Below are positions 18,212-26,017 of a stretch of DNA of 37,749 bases, one piece after another. A program made the position numbers and the translations under genes. The number at the start of each line of letters is the position of its first letter. The stretch's first letter is position 1. The stretch covers positions 1-37,749 of the forward strand of contig JBDRLS010000115.1 of the NCBI GenBank assembly GCA_043812875.1, written 5' to 3'. The notes under the pieces were generated by a model. It was given only the letters and a program-made list of their open reading frames with translations. It searched no databases and had not been told where the DNA came from. This stretch comes from Nanobdellota archaeon (GTDB lineage Archaea; Nanobdellota; Nanobdellia; Woesearchaeales; JAHIVG01).

Positions 18212-18369
18212 TTTAGAGGGTAATCTCGGTATCTTTTTATAGCTATCTAATATATAAATGTTCTGTTTCGGACAAAAATGTCTATTTTGTCCCACCCTTG
18301 TCAATAGGTTTATAATGCGAAAACGAAACCGATAAATACATCACCCTTTTCTGGGAACTGGGTGATAAT

Positions 18370-19308
18370 ATGCATCTCTTATCATTAGCCGATTGGAAAT
18401 CTGAACAGATCCTGGACATCATCGATGATTCGCTCGAGATCAAGAAGCATCCGGACAAGTACAAGGACTCGATGAAGGACAAGACCTTGCTCATGATCTT
18501 TGAGAAACCAAGTCTTAGGACGAGACTGAGTTTTGAAGCAGGCATGACCCAGATGGGCGGCCATGGAATCTTTTACAGTGTCAAGGATTCGCCGCTCGGC
18601 AAGAAGGAGACCATGCATGACACAGCGAAGACCGCATCAAGATATGTTGACATCATCATGGCACGGCTGAACAAATACAAGGACACCGAAGAGCTTGCCA
18701 TGCACAGCGACGTGCCGGTTATCGACGCGTTGAGTGATGAAGCGCATCCCTGCCAGATCATTGCTGATCTGCAGACGATAAAAGAAAAAAAGGGCAAGCT
18801 TAAAGGCCTCAAGCTTTGCTATCTTGGTGATGCCAACAACAATGTCACCTATTCCATGATGCATGGCACTGCGCTCATGGGCATGGACATGACCATCGGC
18901 TGTCCAAATCATAAAAACCTCATGCCCGACTCCCGATTCATCGAAGAAGCCAAGAAGATTGCAGAGAAAACAGGTGCCTCGCTCACAATATACCATGATG
19001 CGAAGGAAGCGATCACCGACGCTGATGTTGTGTACACAGACTCGTGGATGTCATACCACATATCCTCTGATGAGGAGGCTGAGCGCAAGAGGTTGCTCCT
19101 GCCGTTCCAAGTCGATGGCGCCCTCATGAAGCATGCGCATCCTGAGGCGATCTTCATGAACTGCCTCCCGGCAATAAGGGGATATGAGCAGACCGCGGAA
19201 GTGATCGACGGCCCTCAGAGCGTCGTCTTCGACCAAGCCGAGAACAGATTACACGCTCAGAAAGCGATTATGTTGTATTTATTGAAACATAAATCAGCGA
19301 ATCCGTGA
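18370..19308 (+). CDS. argF: Ornithine-carbamoyltransferase-family transcarbamylase (divergent active-site motifs)
   Basis: FEKPSLRTRLSFE, HPCQ and VVFDQAENRLHAQKAIM match the OTC/ATC fold. However STRTR is SLRTR here, DxxxSMG is DSWMSYH, and HCLP is NCLP. Confidence 0.8.
   Translation: MHLLSLADWKSEQILDIIDDSLEIKKHPDKYKDSMKDKTLLMIFEKPSLRTRLSFEAGMTQMGGHGIFYSVKDSPLGKKETMHDTAKTASRYVDIIMARLNKYKDTEELAMHSDVPVIDALSDEAHPCQIIADLQTIKEKKGKLKGLKLCYLGDANNNVTYSMMHGTALMGMDMTIGCPNHKNLMPDSRFIEEAKKIAEKTGASLTIYHDAKEAITDADVVYTDSWMSYHISSDEEAERKRLLLPFQVDGALMKHAHPEAIFMNCLPAIRGYEQTAEVIDGPQSVVFDQAENRLHAQKAIMLYLLKHKSANP
19255..19286 (+). repeat. 32-nt perfect direct repeat, copy 1 (within the last codons of argF)
   Basis: gctcagaaagcgattatgttgtatttattgaa is identical to 19381-19412. 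Confidence 0.95.
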
Positions 19309-19380
19309 CCATCAATTTACGTGTGGGTCACGGCGTTGGACTGTAAGTCCCACCTTCCCGCTCGAGCCTGAAAAGGGTCG

Positions 19381-19412
19381 GCTCAGAAAGCGATTATGTT
19401 GTATTTATTGAA
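19381..19412 (+). repeat. 32-nt perfect direct repeat, copy 2 (preserves an alternative argF C-terminus AQKAIMLYLLKNK-stop)
   Basis: Identical to 19255-19286. It is followed in the equivalent frame by aag aac aaa tga. Confidence 0.95.
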
Positions 19413-19467
19413 GAACAAATGACCAACGTTACCTAGTGGAAAGATACAACTTAGTGAGGAGACTGTC

Positions 19468-20706
19468 ATGAACACCCTAAAACCGAAAACCGCGACTTAT
19501 GAAGCACATCCAGGAGAGGTCAAAAAAGTGGTGCTGCTCTTCTCTGGAGGTTTAGACACCAGCATCATCCTCAAATGGATCAATATCCATTACAATGCAG
19601 AGGTCATCACGCTCACATTGGACCTCGGCCAGCCAGGCATCGATCTTGTCGATGTCAAGAAGAAAGCGCTCGCATTAGGTGCTGTCAAGGCTATTGTCGT
19701 CGACGCCAAAGAGGAGTTTGCAGAGCATTACATTGCTAAAGCGATCAAGGCGAATGCCCTCTACCAAGGACAATACCCTCTCTCGACCACCATCGGCCGG
19801 CCGCTCATATGCAAATATGCAGTAAAGGTCGCGGAAGAGGAAGGATGCGACGCTGTCGCCCACGGCTCCACAGGGAAAGGCAATGACCAAGTCCGCCTCG
19901 ACGCGGGCATCATCACCTTGAATCCGAAACTCAAGGTCCTCGCTCCGGTGCGCGATTATGATCTCACCCGAGATGTCGAAGCTGATTTCGCGAAAAAGCA
20001 TGGCATCCCCATCGCCCATCATAAGGTCTCGCAATATTCGACTGATGAGAACCTTTGGGGGAGGAGCATCGAATGCGGCATATTAGAGCATCCTGAGGAG
20101 CCGTTTCCAGATGATATCTTCACCCTCACGACAATCCCTGAAAAAGCTCCAGATATACCGGACATCATCTCCCTCCAGTTTGAGCACGGCGTTCCCGTCG
20201 GCATGAACAATGTTCCCATGATGCTCCATGTCCTAGTCGACAACCTCAACAAGATAGCAGGGAAACACGGAGTCGGCATCATCGACATGGTTGAAGACCG
20301 GGTTGTCGGCCTTAAGTCGAGGGAGATCTATGAATGCCCTGCTGCGATAACCATCATCAATGCGCACAAGGACTTGGAGAAGTTCACCTCGACCATCCAT
20401 CAGAACAGCGTGAAGCCGTTCATCGACCAGAGATGGAGCGAGATGGCATATTACGGCTTGTGGAATGATCCATTGATGGACTCGCTCAACGCGTTCATAG
20501 ACACTATGAACAGCCAGGTGACCGGCGAGGTGAAGGTAAAATTATTTAAGGGAGCAGCCATACCTACTTCCCGTTCATCAAAGAACGCCATCTACGACCA
20601 TCAGCTCGCGTCCTACACAAAAGGCCAGACCTTCAACCAGGCTGCCTCTCCGGGATTCATCGAGCTGTGGAGTTTACAGACAAAGATGGCGAACCAGAGG
20701 GGGTGA
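19468..20706 (+). CDS. argG: Argininosuccinate synthase
   Basis: PP-loop motif FSGGLDTS and a typical length. GAGGAG lies before the ATG. Confidence 0.95.
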   Translation: MNTLKPKTATYEAHPGEVKKVVLLFSGGLDTSIILKWINIHYNAEVITLTLDLGQPGIDLVDVKKKALALGAVKAIVVDAKEEFAEHYIAKAIKANALYQGQYPLSTTIGRPLICKYAVKVAEEEGCDAVAHGSTGKGNDQVRLDAGIITLNPKLKVLAPVRDYDLTRDVEADFAKKHGIPIAHHKVSQYSTDENLWGRSIECGILEHPEEPFPDDIFTLTTIPEKAPDIPDIISLQFEHGVPVGMNNVPMMLHVLVDNLNKIAGKHGVGIIDMVEDRVVGLKSREIYECPAAITIINAHKDLEKFTSTIHQNSVKPFIDQRWSEMAYYGLWNDPLMDSLNAFIDTMNSQVTGEVKVKLFKGAAIPTSRSSKNAIYDHQLASYTKGQTFNQAASPGFIELWSLQTKMANQRG

Positions 20707-20710
20707 AGAA

Positions 20711-21148
20711 ATGGGAGAAACATTACAAAATCCTACTGAATCAGTAAGAGATATTGTGTTAGATGCTTTTAACAATCCATCAAAACTAGTTATGAAGCAA
20801 GTTCCTTCTGATGATGGTATTCCAGGAACAATCCGTTTATCCAGGGGGGATTATCGCATACTTTTCGGTTTTGAGTGGAAGGGAGAATGGTATGTTGTCG
20901 GGAAAAATGAATATGCTTCTGATATGGTTCCCTTGAGTAAATTATTTAGACAGCAAGATTCAACTGAGGTCCCAGAACAAGATGGAAAGACAAAACCTAT
21001 AACAGTGTTCACAAAAGGGATTCATCTCGTCGAGGTACTAGAAGGTGAAGGAGAACCAGTCTATAAAGATTTGGATGCACAAGCAACTGATGGCAAATTT
21101 TTCTGGGGAACTCCGTATACAAATGATGAACGTTTACCGAAGGGATGA
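20711..21148 (+). CDS. RelE/ParE-like N-terminal domain fused to an unknown C-terminal region, embedded between argG and argH
   Basis: FNNPSK...GTIRLSRGDYRILFGF...WYVV resembles the RelE/ParE core (yRlRvGdYRiiY). It starts 5 nt after the argG stop and has an ATGA overlap with argH. The DNA is visibly AT-richer. Confidence 0.55.
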   Translation: MGETLQNPTESVRDIVLDAFNNPSKLVMKQVPSDDGIPGTIRLSRGDYRILFGFEWKGEWYVVGKNEYASDMVPLSKLFRQQDSTEVPEQDGKTKPITVFTKGIHLVEVLEGEGEPVYKDLDAQATDGKFFWGTPYTNDERLPKG

Positions 21149-22458
21149 CAATGCCAAAACTATGGGATAAAGGAGTAGATGATGAAGAAGTCGAGCAGTA
21201 CTCTGTCTGGGGAGACCATGTCATAGACCAGGCCATGCTTCCTTATGACCTCATCGGCTCAGTTGCGCACGCAAAGGCTATCCACAAGGCGAAGTTCATC
21301 ACCACTGCAGAGCTCAATAAGCTCCTCGTCGGCCTCAAGGATATCTATGCATTATGGAAAAAAGACAAGATCGAGGTAAAGCAAGAACATGAAGACTGCC
21401 ACACCACGATCGAGCTCTATCTGACTGAGAAGTATGGTCAAGTCGGAAAAAAGATCCATGTCGGCCGTTCCCGCAATGACCAAAGCACCTGCATGATCCG
21501 CCTCTATGAAAAGGATATGCTCCTCAAAACAGCGAAGGAATGCATCTCCCTCGTCGAGGTATTGCTCGCATTCTCAAAGAAGCATGAAAAGACGGTCATG
21601 CCTGGTTTCACCCATATGCGCCAAGCCATGCCCTCCAGCTTCGGATTATGGAGCGAGGCATTTGCAGAAGCGCTCCTAAACGACCTAGACATGGTCAAGA
21701 ACGCATTCAAGCTCATCAACCAGAATGCATTGGGTTTCGCAGCCTCGTACGGTACGACTCTTCCCATTGATCGCAATTACACTGCGTCATTGATGGGATT
21801 CCCGAAAGTGATGAATGTCCTTCACGGCGCTAACTCGAGGGGGAAATTCGAGGCTGCAGTCATCCACTCCCTGCATCAGGTCATGTTGACTCTTGGAAGG
21901 ATGGCGGCCATCTTAGCAATGTGGACCATGCCGGAATTCAACTATGTCATCCTCCCAGACAAGTTGACTACAGGCTCCTCGATCATGCCGCAGAAACACA
22001 ATCCTGATGTCTTAGAGATGATGAGAGGCATGTCTGCTCATGTCCAAGGACATTACATTGCTGTCTCGTCGTCAGTGAAAGACCTCTTGTCAGGCTACAA
22101 CAGGGACACCCAGCTCAATAAGATCGGCTTGAAGGACAGCTTCGAGATGACCATCAGCTCACTGAGGATGATGCAGCGCGTAATCAAGGAGATGAAGGTC
22201 GACAAGAAGCGCTGCTGGGATGACTGCCTGCCAGAATTATGGGCGACGCAAGAAGCATACGATCTCGTCAACAAGGGCATGCCTTTCAGGGAGGCCTATC
22301 AGCAGGTCGCGAAGAGCATCGGCCAGGTGAAGAAACCGTCCCATCCAAAAGTGCCTCCATTGAAAACATCTTCATTAAAAAAACAGCTTAAGCAGGAACA
22401 CACCTTACTGGAAAGGGAACTTCAAAAATGGCACAAAGTCAAAGGACTGTTGGAATAG
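21145..22458 (+). CDS. argH: Argininosuccinate lyase
   Basis: Fumarate-lyase signature GSSIMPQKHNPD and an ArgH-like N-terminus LWDKG. Confidence 0.95.
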   Translation: MTMPKLWDKGVDDEEVEQYSVWGDHVIDQAMLPYDLIGSVAHAKAIHKAKFITTAELNKLLVGLKDIYALWKKDKIEVKQEHEDCHTTIELYLTEKYGQVGKKIHVGRSRNDQSTCMIRLYEKDMLLKTAKECISLVEVLLAFSKKHEKTVMPGFTHMRQAMPSSFGLWSEAFAEALLNDLDMVKNAFKLINQNALGFAASYGTTLPIDRNYTASLMGFPKVMNVLHGANSRGKFEAAVIHSLHQVMLTLGRMAAILAMWTMPEFNYVILPDKLTTGSSIMPQKHNPDVLEMMRGMSAHVQGHYIAVSSSVKDLLSGYNRDTQLNKIGLKDSFEMTISSLRMMQRVIKEMKVDKKRCWDDCLPELWATQEAYDLVNKGMPFREAYQQVAKSIGQVKKPSHPKVPPLKTSSLKKQLKQEHTLLERELQKWHKVKGLLE

Positions 22459-22868
22459 ATAAGGGTGATCTGGCTTTACAGCTGAGGAGACAGCTGTGGA
22501 ATAGTGACCTCTCTCCAAGACGATTTCTGAGTGATAACTATCCTCTGCTCAAAAGCCTGGAACAGATGGATGAAACTGAAATATTACATTCCCTTAAACT
22601 GAGGGAGGTTAATACATTAGGCGGAGAAGTTGATGCATGGTATGAGGCGACTGCAGCAACTTTTAAAATATACCTTTCCCTCGATGAAGTGATGGAACGC
22701 CACGGAATACATGATGACAATGAACATGATTTTTGTAGAAGCCCTCTTGATTTGTCAGATGGACATAGAAAAGAAGTCATCGTCGTCGAGTATGAGGGCC
22801 TCCCTCCGCTGAGGTTGCACTTGAAAGTCTACAATCCAGATTATCAACGACGTATGCCAAGAGACTGA
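22428..22868 (+). CDS. Hypothetical protein (146 aa) overlapping the argH 3' end by 31 nt
   Basis: Open frame with an ATG start and no motif recognised. It is followed by the hairpin GAAGA-AGG-TCTTC and a T run. Confidence 0.5.
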   Translation: MAQSQRTVGIDKGDLALQLRRQLWNSDLSPRRFLSDNYPLLKSLEQMDETEILHSLKLREVNTLGGEVDAWYEATAATFKIYLSLDEVMERHGIHDDNEHDFCRSPLDLSDGHRKEVIVVEYEGLPPLRLHLKVYNPDYQRRMPRD

Positions 22869-22944
22869 AGAAGGTCTTCTGCGTTTTTTATCTTCAAAAA
22901 GGGCATTGAAAAATACGGAAAAGTCTAGTGGAGAGCATTAACAC

Positions 22945-22958
22945 AAGCTTTATAAATA
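22945..22958 (+). promoter_or_regulatory. BRE/TATA promoter of the initiator tRNA (AAGCTTTATAAATA)
   Basis: The first T of TTTATA (22949) is 33 nt before tRNA position 1 (22982). Confidence 0.6.
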
Positions 22959-22981
22959 AAACGATGTTCTTGCTATTCAAT

Positions 22982-23115
22982 AGCGGGGTAGGGCAGCCAG
23001 GAGACACCAAAAAGTGCCTAAATGCCCGGAGGGCTCATAAACTCGTTGCGCTGTTAACCTCAGGCGCAAAGTCCGAGGAACCCTCAGGTCGGAGGTTCAA
23101 ATCCTCTCCCCGCTA
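22982..23115 (+). tRNA. Initiator tRNA-Met(CAU) with a canonical 37/38 intron (~40 nt) and an extra ~18-20 nt inside the D loop
   Basis: Acceptor AGCGGGG/CCCCGCT gives an A1:U72 pair, with discriminator A. Anticodon stem GAGGG/CCCTC has three G-C pairs next to the loop CTCATA|A. The T arm GGAGG-TTCAAAT-CCTCT is intact. D stem GGGC (22991-94)/GCCC (23024-27) encloses 29 nt. A T8 run follows. Confidence 0.8.
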
Positions 23116-23144
23116 TTTTTTTTACCACTGGACATTCTCACGTG

Positions 23145-23158
23145 AGCTTTATAAAAAA
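23145..23158 (+). promoter_or_regulatory. BRE/TATA promoter of the LAGLIDADG-like ORF (AGCTTTATAAAAAA)
   Basis: The first T of TTTATA (23148) is 32 nt before ATG 23180. Confidence 0.55.
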
Positions 23159-23179
23159 GAATAGAGCACATTAGCCACA

Positions 23180-23737
23180 ATGACTCTACCAAAAATAAAT
23201 ATCAAAGAACTGATTAAAGGAAACAAAACTTATCCAACGTGGTCTACTGGTTCTTGTCACCAGTTATACGCTACCAATGAAAAACAAAATACGATAAAAA
23301 TATTCTACACTACAAAATCAAAACGTATAATATCCCGTGTATTTCCAAAAAAGTTAACTTTATCTCCTGAATTTTGCTATGTATTGGGCTTTCTCAAGGG
23401 AGAAGGATCGAACTCACTCGGAAAATCAAATTACCGAAGATTCACTATAACAAAGTCTGATCCAGATATAATGAAATTTGTTCTTAAAATTCTTGAGAAA
23501 AATAAACTTCTATCTCTATCAAGATTAATAAATAAATCCTGTCATTTAATTCATTTCAAATTGACAGAAAAAAAAGTAATAGAATATTGGTCTGAGAAAT
23601 TAAAGTTGCCTGAAGAAAAATTTAAATGCTTTGAGGATAAGAATAAGACATCGCTTTTTGGAGTCTGTCATATTTATATCAGTGATGTTCTTTTAAGAAG
23701 AGTTGTGGATCTTATTCAAGAGAAAATCATGAGTTGA
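23180..23737 (+). CDS. Single-motif LAGLIDADG-like homing-endonuclease-family protein
   Basis: SPEFCYVLGFLKGEGSNS resembles the LAGLIDADG motif context (compare I-CreI EFLLYLAGFVDGDGS). The 185-aa size fits homodimeric members. The DNA is strongly AT-rich relative to the flanks. Confidence 0.55.
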   Translation: MTLPKINIKELIKGNKTYPTWSTGSCHQLYATNEKQNTIKIFYTTKSKRIISRVFPKKLTLSPEFCYVLGFLKGEGSNSLGKSNYRRFTITKSDPDIMKFVLKILEKNKLLSLSRLINKSCHLIHFKLTEKKVIEYWSEKLKLPEEKFKCFEDKNKTSLFGVCHIYISDVLLRRVVDLIQEKIMS

Positions 23738-23744
23738 TTTACCT

Positions 23745-23772
23745 TCTCCCCGCTATCTTCCCAATTTTTTCT
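23745..23772 (+). repeat. Direct repeat: last 11 nt of the initiator tRNA plus 17 nt of flank (tctccccgctatcttcccaattttttct)
   Basis: 28/28 identical to 26025-26052. It overlaps the last codons of the minus-strand antiporter gene. Confidence 0.9.
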
Positions 23773-25489
23773 TCCCTTTCACTCTCTTCTGCAGCGCCAA
23801 TAAATGTTTCCGTGGAATACCTCTGATCATGGAAAAGCCGCGAAAGAGCTGAATTGCCATCAATCCTAAAAAGAGCAATTCAAGATAGTTAAATGCGGGA
23901 TCAAGATTAGAGAGCAGCACAAAATTGGGCAGCATGACCGCAAAAACATAGAGGAGGATCGCCTGCCCGAAGGTTTTTAGAATGCCCTTCTCCTGGTCAA
24001 GGTCATAAGGAAGGAAGATGCGGATGAAGCTGCGAAAATGAGCAATGAAGTTCCTGAATGCCCGCACGATATCAAAGCCGATGAAGGCCAGGATGACAAG
24101 TATGAGCATGGCCAAAGTCAACAGTGTCTTCGGTTGGCGCAAAAAGAGCTGCTGCTCAGGAGATAACCACAGCCAGATATACCCTGCGAGGGCGATGAGT
24201 GCCAGAAATCCACCGACCCCGCGAAAGAAGCGTCGCAGATCATTCTTCAAGGTCAATGTCTGCTTTCGTGAATATTCGAGATTGTCATGGATGACACACA
24301 TGTATCTTGACCCTAACCTGATCGGCTTGAGCATCCAATCAGGCATGCATCCCATGCAAAAATTTCCAAAGGCTTCATAGCGCGTGACCGCGAGAGGAGT
24401 GATCAAGGTGGAGAGGAAGATCACTGCAGCCACCATGCTCACCAAGTCAAATCCTGGATTGAGAGGATCTGCAATGGCGACGACGAGCAGCGAAAACTCC
24501 CCTATCGGGACCATGGCCAAGCCGGCGAACGCCGCCTGCTTCCCGGATAAGCCTCCGAAGAGATATCCGCCTGTGCTGATGGCAAAGCTCTTGGCAATGA
24601 CTGTGAACACAAAGAATGCCAGGATGATCGGCCACATGGTGATAACCGTGTTGAAGTCGACGAGCGTCCCAAGGGAAAAGAAGAACAACGACGAAAACGT
24701 CAAGACGAAAGGATGGATGGCATGTTCAATGCTTTTTGCTGCAGGAAGCGATGCGATCAGCGTACCTGCAAGAAAGGCGCCTACAGATGAGGATATACCA
24801 AGTACTGTCGCCAGATAGCTCATTCCGACTAGCAATCCCAATCCGAGAAACATTGAAGTCTCTTCTGAACTGTAGGCTAAGATCCAATTGATGGCCCATC
24901 GCAGAACACGTTTCAGCACCACATAGGTGATGATCAGCACCAGGAATGCTGCAAGCAAGGGAGAGAGCAGATCACCGGGCGTTCCTTGCACACTGGAAAA
25001 ATAGGTAAGAGCGAACACGCCGAAGATATCCTCGATGATGAGCACCGCGATCAAAAGCTGAACCTCATTACGATCGACGAGCCCTTTAGCCTTTAGGATC
25101 CGGATCATGATGACCGTGCTTGAGATCGCTAGAGCAACGCCGAGAGCAAGAGACGAGATCACGTCAAAGCCCAGCAAGAGCGCAAGATAATAGCCGGCAA
25201 ACACCACTAAACCAAGCTTGAAGATGGCCATCATCAATGCTTTCCCGCCCAAATTCAGTAATTTCTGGATATTGAACTCGATGCCGATGGCGAATAAGAG
25301 CAGGATTGCCCCGATCTCAATGGCCAGGTGGATCAACTCACCGTCGCTGATGTAGCTGAGCGCATTCGGACCGACGATGGCTCCGATGAGCAGTAATCCG
25401 ATTGCCGTGGGTTGTCTGAATCGGGTTGCGAGGAGCCCTCCGAGTAGGGAGAATCCGAAAATCAGACCGATCTCGACCCCGGCGACCAT
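23753..25489 (-). CDS. Cation:proton antiporter (CPA2/Kef-type Na+/K+:H+ exchanger) with extra C-terminal TM helices
   Basis: 578 aa and polytopic. The N-terminus EIGLIFGFSLLGGLLATRFRQPTAIGLLLIGAIVGPNAL is typical of CPA transporters. GCTTTTTATATCC lies about 27 nt before the ATG. Confidence 0.85.
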   Translation of the reverse strand: MVAGVEIGLIFGFSLLGGLLATRFRQPTAIGLLLIGAIVGPNALSYISDGELIHLAIEIGAILLLFAIGIEFNIQKLLNLGGKALMMAIFKLGLVVFAGYYLALLLGFDVISSLALGVALAISSTVIMIRILKAKGLVDRNEVQLLIAVLIIEDIFGVFALTYFSSVQGTPGDLLSPLLAAFLVLIITYVVLKRVLRWAINWILAYSSEETSMFLGLGLLVGMSYLATVLGISSSVGAFLAGTLIASLPAAKSIEHAIHPFVLTFSSLFFFSLGTLVDFNTVITMWPIILAFFVFTVIAKSFAISTGGYLFGGLSGKQAAFAGLAMVPIGEFSLLVVAIADPLNPGFDLVSMVAAVIFLSTLITPLAVTRYEAFGNFCMGCMPDWMLKPIRLGSRYMCVIHDNLEYSRKQTLTLKNDLRRFFRGVGGFLALIALAGYIWLWLSPEQQLFLRQPKTLLTLAMLILVILAFIGFDIVRAFRNFIAHFRSFIRIFLPYDLDQEKGILKTFGQAILLYVFAVMLPNFVLLSNLDPAFNYLELLFLGLMAIQLFRGFSMIRGIPRKHLLALQKRVKGKKKLGR

Positions 25490-25551
25490 GGCTCAATTGT
25501 CTTTTGAGGATATAAAAAGCTTCCGTTCTACTCCCAGACCCTGACAATCCC

Positions 25552-25575
25552 CTTCCCAATTTTTCTCTAAAAATT
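25552..25575 (+). repeat. Direct repeat cttcccaatttttctctaaaaatt
   Basis: Matches 26037-26061 apart from one T of the T run. Its first 15-16 nt also match 23757-23772. Confidence 0.85.
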
Positions 25576-25604
25576 TATAAACCAGCATTCATTCCCCCTT
25601 TCAT

Positions 25605-25961
25605 ATGGTAGCAGATCATGGACCTCCTTGGTATCGAATTGTATCTGTCAGACCGGACAGAAATTGGCAAGGAGAAGGAAGCCGAGGATATATGAACCAG
25701 GTTTGGCACCGATCCTCTACACCAGGAAATGACACTTCTGATTTTAATATCTCTATGATCGGTGGAGAGCCAATTGGACAGGAAATTTATCTTTTTCATG
25801 TTGACCAGAAAGAACTTGGCGATAGAAATATAAACGATCTTCTCGGCTTGCGTGTAACGGTTAGTGGAAGATCTGGCGAGAGGAGATTACTCCCAGCAGA
25901 TGGAAGTAGTCCCATCCCCTATACTAAGTACTTACAAGCTTCAGTTCAAGAGATGGAATGA
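25605..25961 (+). CDS. Hypothetical protein (118 aa) in the third cassette
   Basis: AAATTTATAAACC has its first T (25574) 31 nt before ATG 25605. No motif recognised. Confidence 0.5.
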   Translation: MVADHGPPWYRIVSVRPDRNWQGEGSRGYMNQVWHRSSTPGNDTSDFNISMIGGEPIGQEIYLFHVDQKELGDRNINDLLGLRVTVSGRSGERRLLPADGSSPIPYTKYLQASVQEME

Positions 25962-26017
25962 ACGCGATAGTTCCTTCTGTCTTGAGGCCGTCTCGAACCT
26001 ACGGGAATCCTAGAAAG

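Larger units (their letters stand above)
23117..26017. mobile_element. Composite insertion island at the initiator-tRNA 3' end: three cassettes bounded by nested direct repeats, no recombinase gene
   Basis: The tRNA tail (23098-23116) is repeated at 26018-26036. A 28-nt string is identical at 23745-23772 and 26025-26052. A 24/25-nt string is shared by 25552-25575 and 26037-26061. Confidence 0.45.

Noticed and set aside
19335-19353. tRNA-Tyr gene or pseudogene in the argF insert
   Set aside because: Only an anticodon-arm-like hairpin with one stem mismatch is present. No acceptor, D or T arm could be built.
23117-26017. Integrase, transposase or Cas1 within the tRNA-associated island
   Set aside because: The three ORFs present (LAGLIDADG-like, CPA2 antiporter, 118-aa unknown) show no recombinase motifs. 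There is no split SSV-type int fragment at either border.
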